Assembly (NCBI GenBank): GCA_963740315.1
Contig: CAVUDP010000002.1
Span: 64,001-128,000, forward strand
DNA from: an uncultured cyanobacterium
Lineage (GTDB): Bacteria; Cyanobacteriota; Cyanobacteriia; Cyanobacteriales; Nostocaceae
Direction of reading: 5' to 3'
Length of the DNA: 64,000 nucleotides
Shown here: in pieces, positions 33,281 through 41,200 of the stretch
How the letters are laid out: every line of letters begins with the position of its first letter
How positions within the stretch are numbered: the stretch's first letter is position 1
Translations under genes and position numbers: made by a program
Notes under the pieces: model-generated
Database searches by the model: none
Told to the model about the DNA's origin: nothing
Seen by the model: only the letters and a program-made list of their open reading frames with translations

Positions 33281-36079
33281 TTAGATAAAACTAAATCCCC
33301 GATCGAAGTTAGCAATGTTTTGAGTTACCACTGCAATCAAATCGTCAACTTGGGGAGTTAAATCGTTAAAGTCATCTTTATCCAGATACAAACCAATTCC
33401 TTTAGGTAAGTCAGCATCCTCAATCGTTGCTAGCTTGTAGTCAGATTTGTCACCGTGAAGCACAATTGTATCTTGGCTGGCTCGGAAATCTGTAATTAAA
33501 GCATAGTCAAAGTTTCCTTTACCGTGGTAGAAGACATTGTTTTCGTCTCCTAAATAGAAAGTATCTTTTCCGAAGCCGCCAGTTAAACGATCGATTTCAC
33601 CAAAACCTAAATTATTGCCAACACCAGTCAGCCCATCGCTACCAAAGCCACCATTAAGGGTATCGTTGCCATTGCCGCCAAATTGGATATCTTTACCAAA
33701 GCCACCGTTGAGGAGATCGTTACCATCGCCGCCAAGTTGGGTATCTTTACCAAAGCCACCATTAAGGGTATCATCGCCATCCCCACCAAGTTGGGTATCA
33801 TTGCCAAACTTACCTTTTATTTTGTCGTTACCCCCCAAACCCTCGATAAAATCATTTCTAAAGCTACCCTTTAAAGTGTCATTGCTTGAGCTTCCAATGA
33901 TTTCGCGGTTAAAAATCGATCTTGATACAGCCAAATTATCTTCAATGTTCTCGTTGCTGGCGTTGCTGAGTTTAAGTAAAACGGTTTCATTATGCTTTAA
34001 TACCGATTTATTCAGCAAATCTACGGAGACAGTTTTAGTTGTCTCCCCAGGATTAAAGGTTAGAGTACCGCTAGTTTTGATGTAGTCTTCTCCAGATGTA
34101 GCCGTGCCATCAATCGTTTGAAAGTCCACTGTAACAGCAGCGCTGCTCACATCCGACAAGCTGACAACAAACTCTAGGGGCGATCCTTTTTGACCGCTCA
34201 GAGAATCAACAGTAAGACCGGGAACTATAAAAGCGTTCTCCGAAAAAACATAATTTCCGTCGGTATTATCCTCAAGAATATCGGAGAGTTTAGTGGTTTC
34301 AAAATCTGGATCGAGAATGTTTAACTCATCTAAATGATTGAGATAGAAAAAGCGATCGCCATCTCGCAACCGCGTAAACTGATCTGTAAGCACCTTGTTA
34401 AAAAGTTCGCCAACCAAACCGCCATTTACCCGATCTTCGGATATTCCACCAATCCAAAAATCTACATCTTCTACAGAGTCATAAATCGATGCAAATCTAG
34501 CTGCAACTTCTGGATCGGAAGTAATCCCACGCTGGCGATCGGTAGTTAAAAACGCGGTAACGGGTTGCAATCCCAAACCTCGACGAGCTTTGTTGTAGCT
34601 GGGAAGTCCGACATCCCTTCCTCTCTGAATATTCACCGCAGCCAAATCGAAGCCGCCAGTACCAGCAGGGAAAAGGAAGTTTCTCACGCCATCAACTACC
34701 AAATTGTCAACCGCTTGGGCTTCCTGGGCAGTTAAACCCACTAGCACAGAATCAGCACCGTCATTGACAACCGTTTGCGGCGTGAAGAAAGCATCACCCA
34801 GAGCGATACTTCCGTCAGAACTACCATCAGGATTAACGCGCTGAAGTTCTGGAGAAAGCTGGCTGTGACCGAGACGGAAGCTAACATTCGCGAATTCGTT
34901 ACTGATTCTAGGGTCAACTTTTGGGTTGTAGCCAGAATAATCGTCTACAAGATTTTTACCGATTAGCAGTGGTAGGTATTCACTGTAAGTAATTTGCTGA
35001 ATTTGAGCGCCAACTACCTTGCGGGCTGATTCGTAAATAAACTCACTTTCTTCAAGTCCTGATTTTTTGAACAGTTTTAAAGTTGCTCCGTCCCCGGCTT
35101 CGATTCTCCGAGCAATATCCTCGGCTATAGAATTATGTTCGCGGACAAACAGTGTATGCGCGGCGGTTAATCCGATTTGTTCGTTAGCGCGGACATCGCC
35201 AGCGATAAAGAAATCCTCTCTGTCATCCCCACCAGCGTTTTGCAAACCAGCGGTATTATAAGGTAGCAACTCTTCGCCGTTAATATTCTGACTTTTTAGC
35301 TTACCGTTGTCCGCACGTAAAAATTCGGCTCGTTCATCTTCGGAACCATATACCTGCGAACCATCAATAAAAGAAGTAATCTCATTGATGTACTGGCGCG
35401 GGTTTCCTGGTGTTCCAGTTCCAGGGGCTGGGGTAACTCTGGTTAAAGGGATGAATGGCGTTCCGACGGCTTGCCTCTGTGTATCCGAACCGATTTGAGC
35501 AATGCCAATTTGATCGGATTGCGTTGAGGCAAGTCCATCAAGGGTTATGAGTTCCGCACCAACAGTATTGCCGAGAAAGGGAAGATTAACCTGCAAGTCA
35601 GATTCCCCACCAGAAATGTCTAACGGGGGAAGGATGACCTCCGAGCCAGAGTTTATGTTTGATTCCACCCTTGAAGAATCGTTCGAGCCAGCTTCGGAAT
35701 CACCTATCCGAGGAAGTCTGGAAGCCAAAGGATCGTTAGGATCGATGGGAATGAAGAACCGCTCTTGATTACCCTCATTCAGATCCAAATCGTGGTCTAA
35801 AAACTGCCCCCACTGCCAAATCCAGTCGCTGGCGTTGAGAGAATTGGGAACTGATTTAAACTGTGCAGAAACCGCATTGCTGATTTTTCGAGGGTTAGGC
35901 AGACGTGAAGGACCAATAAATGGATTCCCAGGCTGATTTTCCGTAATCCCCCTCGGTAGGCTATAGCCATCTTCAAAACCGGGCTTGAGAAGTCGAATCA
36001 ATCGCGATTCAGTTTTACCTAAATCTTGCGGGTGATTGTTAGAACCGTCGATCGTGCGAAATTTAACCATATGCTTCAA
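33281..36079 (-). CDS. peroxidase-cyclooxygenase superfamily (animal-type) heme peroxidase with Calx-beta domain and RTX Ca-binding repeats
   Basis: RTIDGSNN, WGQFLDHD, TSFIDGSQVYG, GDVRANEQ, FRLGHS, NIQRGRD, RLRDGDRF. Calx-beta TIDGTATSGEDY...GTLTFNPGET. GGxGxD nonapeptides. Confidence 0.93.
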   Translation of the reverse strand: MKHMVKFRTIDGSNNHPQDLGKTESRLIRLLKPGFEDGYSLPRGITENQPGNPFIGPSRLPNPRKISNAVSAQFKSVPNSLNASDWIWQWGQFLDHDLDLNEGNQERFFIPIDPNDPLASRLPRIGDSEAGSNDSSRVESNINSGSEVILPPLDISGGESDLQVNLPFLGNTVGAELITLDGLASTQSDQIGIAQIGSDTQRQAVGTPFIPLTRVTPAPGTGTPGNPRQYINEITSFIDGSQVYGSEDERAEFLRADNGKLKSQNINGEELLPYNTAGLQNAGGDDREDFFIAGDVRANEQIGLTAAHTLFVREHNSIAEDIARRIEAGDGATLKLFKKSGLEESEFIYESARKVVGAQIQQITYSEYLPLLIGKNLVDDYSGYNPKVDPRISNEFANVSFRLGHSQLSPELQRVNPDGSSDGSIALGDAFFTPQTVVNDGADSVLVGLTAQEAQAVDNLVVDGVRNFLFPAGTGGFDLAAVNIQRGRDVGLPSYNKARRGLGLQPVTAFLTTDRQRGITSDPEVAARFASIYDSVEDVDFWIGGISEDRVNGGLVGELFNKVLTDQFTRLRDGDRFFYLNHLDELNILDPDFETTKLSDILEDNTDGNYVFSENAFIVPGLTVDSLSGQKGSPLEFVVSLSDVSSAAVTVDFQTIDGTATSGEDYIKTSGTLTFNPGETTKTVSVDLLNKSVLKHNETVLLKLSNASNENIEDNLAVSRSIFNREIIGSSSNDTLKGSFRNDFIEGLGGNDKIKGKFGNDTQLGGDGDDTLNGGFGKDTQLGGDGNDLLNGGFGKDIQFGGNGNDTLNGGFGSDGLTGVGNNLGFGEIDRLTGGFGKDTFYLGDENNVFYHGKGNFDYALITDFRASQDTIVLHGDKSDYKLATIEDADLPKGIGLYLDKDDFNDLTPQVDDLIAVVTQNIANFDRGFSFI

Positions 36080-36438
36080 CCTTTTTTTTACTAGCTTATA
36101 TACAAAGGTTTGTTTGCTATCTGCAAAATCTCAGAATTTACAGTTGCTTTATATTTTTATTCACTACTTCATCTTTGCTTTTATGACAGTAGTCAACCTT
36201 TGTATTATTTCTTTACACAATTGTTGCAATTCGATTAACGCTAGCAAAAATACAAATAAAATAAAAGTTTTGTAAAATACAAACGTTACTTAAAATGCAA
36301 TCGGCCAATTATATTTTTTTATACCAGTAACAGCCGTAATTAAAGTTATAGATTTGCTTTTTCTTGGCGATCGACTTGCTAGGAATCGATATAATTTTTA
36401 TGCCCTTCCAATACTATTTAAATTGCACTTGAAATCGA

Positions 36439-37233
36439 ATGAGTGAAGCAAACACTATTTCCAGCACACAATTACCTTGCACTCGCAAGTCTTTAACACA
36501 AGATTTAATTAACGCAGGTTTAACACCAGGAATAACCGTAATTGTACATTCTTCACTTAGTTCTCTGGGGTGGGTTTGTGGTGGTGCGGTTACGGTAGTG
36601 CAGGCTTTGATGGATGCGATCGCACCGTCGGGAACCTTGGTAATGCCTACCCATAGTAGCGATTATTCCGATCCACAGCCGTGGCAAAATCCACCCGTAC
36701 CTTCACAATGGTGGGACATTATTCGCGATACAATGCCAGCTTACGATCCGAAAATTACTCCTACAAGAAACATGGGGAAAATTGTCGAAGTTTTCCGAAC
36801 TTGCGATCGCGTTTTACGAAGTTGTCACCCTAATTTTTCTTTTGCAGCTTGGGGAAATGATGCTGAAACTATTATTAAAAATCATTCACTTGATTATTCT
36901 TTAGGGGAAGAATCACCTCTAGCTCGGCTTTACGAATTGAACGGTTACGTACTTTTATTAGGAGTTGGTTACGATAGTTGTACAGCGTTTCATTTAGCGG
37001 AATATCGAGTGGGTGATTTAAAAACGGCTAACTATGGAGCGCCAATATTTGAACAAGGGAAGCGAGTTTGGAAAAATTATACAGATATTTATTTTGAAAC
37101 TGATTGTTTTATAGAGATGGGTGAGGATTTTGAGAAAGCTTGTTCTGTAAAAGTTTCACAAGTTGGCTCCGCACAAACTAAGTTATTTTCTGTTAGAGAT
37201 GCCGTTGATTTTGCCGTGAATTGGTTGAAATAA
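36439..37233 (+). CDS. AAC(3)/YokD family N-acetyltransferase
   Basis: VHSSLSSLGWVCGG, GTLVMPTH, RSCHPNFSFAAWG, LLLGVGYDSCTAFHLAE. Confidence 0.9.
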   Translation: MSEANTISSTQLPCTRKSLTQDLINAGLTPGITVIVHSSLSSLGWVCGGAVTVVQALMDAIAPSGTLVMPTHSSDYSDPQPWQNPPVPSQWWDIIRDTMPAYDPKITPTRNMGKIVEVFRTCDRVLRSCHPNFSFAAWGNDAETIIKNHSLDYSLGEESPLARLYELNGYVLLLGVGYDSCTAFHLAEYRVGDLKTANYGAPIFEQGKRVWKNYTDIYFETDCFIEMGEDFEKACSVKVSQVGSAQTKLFSVRDAVDFAVNWLK

Positions 37234-37289
37234 TATTAAACTAATTAAACGCTGTATGTGCGAAGGTTAAAAACAAAGATGTAAAGTTA

Positions 37290-37631
37290 TTAACTTTCTG
37301 ACAAACCAAACAAATCTTGATAAGCTTTATAATTTTCAAAACCTCTTACGTACAACTCTACAACATCAGTATGTAGTTCAAATTCATTATCTAACGTGTT
37401 TGTCACGTCAATAATTCCTTCTACAACCCAGGTTACTGTTTCTCCGCGTTCGTTTGCGTAGGACGTATTTACGGTATTGTTTACATGATTAACAGCTTTT
37501 TGTCTAGCTTCTGAAGGGGAAGTTGCTTTAATTAAAGTGAAGCATTCCTGATAATAAAGGTTGGTATCAAGACTTCCTACTGAACTTTTAGAGACAAAAA
37601 CTGCAATATAAGCACGACTATCATTTGGCAT
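37290..37631 (-). CDS. DUF4288-like protein
   Basis: YQECFTLIKATSPSEARQKA...SYANERGETVTW. Confidence 0.7.
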   Translation of the reverse strand: MPNDSRAYIAVFVSKSSVGSLDTNLYYQECFTLIKATSPSEARQKAVNHVNNTVNTSYANERGETVTWVVEGIIDVTNTLDNEFELHTDVVELYVRGFENYKAYQDLFGLSES

Positions 37632-37734
37632 CCGACAATTTCCTTAGTTACTTCCTAAACAAAGCCGTCATTTAATAGTTTATAAGCCGTTTTTGCATCT
37701 CTATCTATGTTAAAATCTAAAATCTAAAATCTAA

Positions 37735-38349
37735 ATGACTTCACAAGCATTAAAAGAAATCAGAATCTGCTTTGTTGGCGAATCATTTGTAAACGGTACT
37801 GGCGATCGTGAATGCTTGGGTTGGGCTGGTAGAATATGTCAAGATGCCTTTGTGAAAGGTTTTGATATTACTTACTATAATTTAGGAGTTAGAAGGGAAA
37901 CTAGTACTGAGTTAAGAAAGCGGTGGAGAAGGGAAGTTTCTTATCGTTTACCTCAAGAATGCGACGGTAGGATTGTATTTTCTTTTGGTACTAATGACAC
38001 GACTATAGAAAATGGTAAAACTCGCGTTTCTCGACAAGATTCTATTACCAATCTACGGGATATTTTAAGTATAGCTAAAGATTTATACCCGGTTTTAGTA
38101 GTTAGCGCACCACCAATAGAAGATAAAGAGCAGAATCAAAGAATTTCTGAGTTATCAAAAGAGTTTTCTAAAGTTTGTAATCAATTAAACGTTCCTTATT
38201 TAGATATTTTCTCCGAATTGATAAAATCAAATATCTGGATGGATGAAGTAAAAAACTATGATGGCGCTCATCCAAGAGCAGCAGGATATCAAGTATTTGC
38301 CCAAATCGTGCAAAATTGGCAAGGTTGGTTAAATTTGTTAAAAATGTAG
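37735..38349 (+). CDS. SGNH/GDSL hydrolase family protein
   Basis: FVGESFVNGTGD, NLGVR, FGTND, DGAHP. Confidence 0.9.
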   Translation: MTSQALKEIRICFVGESFVNGTGDRECLGWAGRICQDAFVKGFDITYYNLGVRRETSTELRKRWRREVSYRLPQECDGRIVFSFGTNDTTIENGKTRVSRQDSITNLRDILSIAKDLYPVLVVSAPPIEDKEQNQRISELSKEFSKVCNQLNVPYLDIFSELIKSNIWMDEVKNYDGAHPRAAGYQVFAQIVQNWQGWLNLLKM

Positions 38350-38708
38350 AGACGTAGCACAGAATAGTCTCCGGGTGTTTAAATCTGTATCGATAATGCC
38401 GCGTGAAATAAGATTACCGAAGCGCAACTGATAATAAATTTGTTTTCCCGCTAGATTTGAAGACTATTCTGTACTACGTCTCCGGGTGTTTAAATCTGTA
38501 TCGATAATGCCGCGTGAAATAAGATTACCGAAGCGCAACTGATAATAAATTTGTTTTCCCGCTAGATTCGTAGACGTAGCAGTGCTACGTCTCCGGGTGT
38601 TTAAATCTGTATCGATAATGCCGCGTGAAATAAGATTACCGAAGCGCAACTGATAATAAATTTGTTTTCCCGCTAGATTCGTAGACGTAGCAGTGCTACG
38701 TCTCTACA
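38346..38708. repeat. 3 x 111-bp tandem repeat punctuated by four REP palindromes
   Basis: ccgggtgttt starts at 38371, 38482 and 38593. The inter-REP segments are essentially identical. Confidence 0.93.
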
Positions 38709-38721
38709 AAAATAATTTTTA

Positions 38722-39597
38722 TTAATCCAACTGTTGATAAGCTTCTTTGATTACTTTACGTGCAACAGTTTGAATTCCGGTATGCTCAAAATAATTGCTA
38801 CTTACATCTAAAAATGCTGCGACATAATCTAACTTGTCATCGGCTATGTCTACAAAATTACTCAGATGACTGGCTATTGATTCGCGAGTTAAACCAGCAG
38901 AATCGGTTAATTTTGCCATCCACTCATCAGCTGCTTTGAAACTGTCATTAATAAAACCTGTTTTATCCGTACTAGGAATGAATTTACTAATTGCCGCAAA
39001 AGCCGGATTGGTTTCCAAATTTTCTCTTTTAGTAATATCGTTTTCAACTCTAGGAACAAAATCTGCACCTAGAGGAAGTACACCATCAATGCAAACTAAA
39101 GCTACCATTCGCATTAAGGCTTCATTTTGATAATTTTCTTTTAAAGTAGCAGCAAATTTTTGTGGAGAAAGGGTAAGCCCGTTAATTTTGCTGTAAGCGA
39201 TTAATTCCGCTACCAATTTCATTTTTAAATCAATGCTTTGCAAAGTATCGGCTTTAGGAGTTAATTCTTTTAAAAAAGGTATAAAACTAAAAGCATCCCC
39301 GACTTTATCAGCTAAAGCAGCGGCACCAATTGCTTTATCTGTTGCATCGAGAGTTTGATAAAGCCAAATAGCTGTTTGATATCCGTTATTTTTATCGTCG
39401 TATAATTCAACGGCTTTTTTACGAATTTTTTTAACTTTTTTAGATTTAGTTTCTCCTGTAATATTACTTATTGCATCGTCGAAATCAACGAAATTTTCCC
39501 ACTCGCCAGGTACAATATAATCAAGTGCCTTTAATACTTTGACAGTAATATTATCAGTAGGTAGATTATTAACTAAGTCAACGATTGATTTACCCAT
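38722..39597 (-). CDS. hypothetical protein (appears to be a conserved cyanobacterial family)
   Basis: 291-aa ORF; GYQTAIWLYQ, LVCIDGVLPLG, YFEHTGIQTVAR. Confidence 0.75.
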   Translation of the reverse strand: MGKSIVDLVNNLPTDNITVKVLKALDYIVPGEWENFVDFDDAISNITGETKSKKVKKIRKKAVELYDDKNNGYQTAIWLYQTLDATDKAIGAAALADKVGDAFSFIPFLKELTPKADTLQSIDLKMKLVAELIAYSKINGLTLSPQKFAATLKENYQNEALMRMVALVCIDGVLPLGADFVPRVENDITKRENLETNPAFAAISKFIPSTDKTGFINDSFKAADEWMAKLTDSAGLTRESIASHLSNFVDIADDKLDYVAAFLDVSSNYFEHTGIQTVARKVIKEAYQQLD

Positions 39598-39781
39598 AAG
39601 ACTTTACCCCGATCTAATAAAGTTTTTCTATCTTTGATGCTGCATTAATGCCAATGATAGCGATTAATTTTTATTTTGCGACAAATTTTAGATGTTTTTA
39701 ATATAAAAGCTGCTGTCTTTCGCTTTATTCGACCATTTTTAGCACCTAACACGCTCTATAATTATTGTTTCTAATACAAAC

Positions 39782-40004
39782 TATAGCAATCCGAATTTAA
39801 ATGTGAGAAAACACGTAGATGTAGGATTGAAATAACGAGTAAATTTTTATTCATACCTGGCGACTATAAGTCGCGGCTACACAGGCAAAACCCGCCTGCG
39901 CGGGTTGTTTGATTAAGTCCACGCAGGTGGACTTCGTTTGTGTAGTAGCGGTTTTAACCGCCAGTTGATTTATCAATTTCTCACAAATCATTTAGGATTG
40001 CTAT
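39782..40004. mobile_element. MITE-like element with terminal inverted repeats TATAGCAATCC...TGTGAGAAA / TTTCTCACA...GGATTGCTATA and internal palindromes
   Basis: About 30-bp imperfect TIRs with nested hairpins and no ORF. Confidence 0.7.
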
Positions 40005-40005
40005 A

Positions 40006-40396
40006 TTACGAAGATTGTGATTTTCCAGCTTGTTTAACCGTTTCGATGTCTAAATTCAAAGCTTGAGCAATTTGTTCGATGCTCAAACCAATTGAGAAAA
40101 GCTGAGGTACAGCTTCTAACTTGCCTTATTGTTTTCCTTGAGCATAAAATTTTGGATCTGGTTGAAATTGAACTATGCCTCATTCTTCGGCACGCTTCGC
40201 TAACAGCCCATTTAATTGGTAATTCCGGCGCATCTGTCTGTGGGAGGAAAACACCATCAATTCTAAAAGCAAGTTGTTTAACTTCTACCGATGAAAATTG
40301 ATAAGATAAAGCTAATTGGGGTGGTTGGTTGATTAGTTCAAAGAAAATACTGGGGAAACTTTGAAAAAGGCGATAAAATATGCCGTCTGTTTTCAC
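40006..40396 (-). pseudogene. Rpn-family recombination-promoting nuclease / DUF2887 pseudogene
   Basis: N-terminus KTDGIFYRLFQ...EVKQLAFRIDGVF. A small insertion follows, then VQFQPDPKFY joined to the C-terminal GKQ*GKLEAVP...GLSIEQIAQAL. Frameshift, large deletion and in-frame stop. Confidence 0.85.
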
Positions 40397-40514
40397 TTTT
40401 AAGATTTTTTTGTTAACAAAGAATTATTTTATAATTAATCGGTTGTTAGGAGAAATTTTAGTTGATTAAGACACGTTGTTAAAATATTCGCAGTAGTTCA
40501 ATAATTAAATCCCT

Positions 40515-40706
40515 ATGAACTCACGAACAGAAATAGAAGCAGCAATTACGCAATTATCGCAGACGGAAGCCGATCGATTATTAGATGATGCTTGGGATGA
40601 GAAAATGAAAGCTGATGCCCCTTCAGGTCGTTTGGATAAATTGATACAGCGTGCTGAGGCAGATATTAAAGCAAATCGAGTTAAATTTTTAGAAGATAGT
40701 TTGTAA
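40515..40706 (+). CDS. small antitoxin-like protein (orphan, possibly with internal deletion)
   Basis: EIEAAITQL...AWDEKMKADAPSGRLDKLIQRAEADI pattern. No toxin ORF downstream. Confidence 0.5.
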   Translation: MNSRTEIEAAITQLSQTEADRLLDDAWDEKMKADAPSGRLDKLIQRAEADIKANRVKFLEDSL

Positions 40707-41200
40707 TTAATTTACTTGTATCTCTTTATCTTCATTCTCTGCGTACTCTGCGTCTCTGCGGTTTTTTTATTTAGCTTTAAAACAATAAGACTTACAATAT
40801 TTTCACAGCTTGCACTTGGTGCGTGACGCTATAAGTCTTACAACTACGTACAAGATTTATAAAAGCGTCACACACCCGAAAAATGCGTACTCGGATCGTT
40901 CTTAATAAGCCTCTAGAAACCCGGTTTCTGTTGATAGAAACATAATTAATTCGTTGTGAGATGAGCAATAATGGTGCGTGAGGCTATAATTACAACTACG
41001 TACAAGATTTATAAAAGCGTCACACACCCATGCATTCTATTAGTTTTAAATTAGTTCTCAGCCAGGATTACTCTTCAGTAATTAGATAAAAATATTAGGG
41101 TTATAAGTAGAAAGGGGATTTAGCTTACAAAAATACATGATAAATAGTAGCCATAAAAAATTAACATGGTTCTAATACGTTAGATTTCTCCTTTTATTAC

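Noticed and set aside
36439..37233. Acquired aminoglycoside resistance gene
   Set aside because: The YokD-like family is broad, composition is host-like and no integron or IS context is visible. Activity cannot be inferred from sequence.
38346..38708. CRISPR array
   Set aside because: The spacers are identical and about 85 bp long, the repeats are the dispersed REP, and no cas genes are present.
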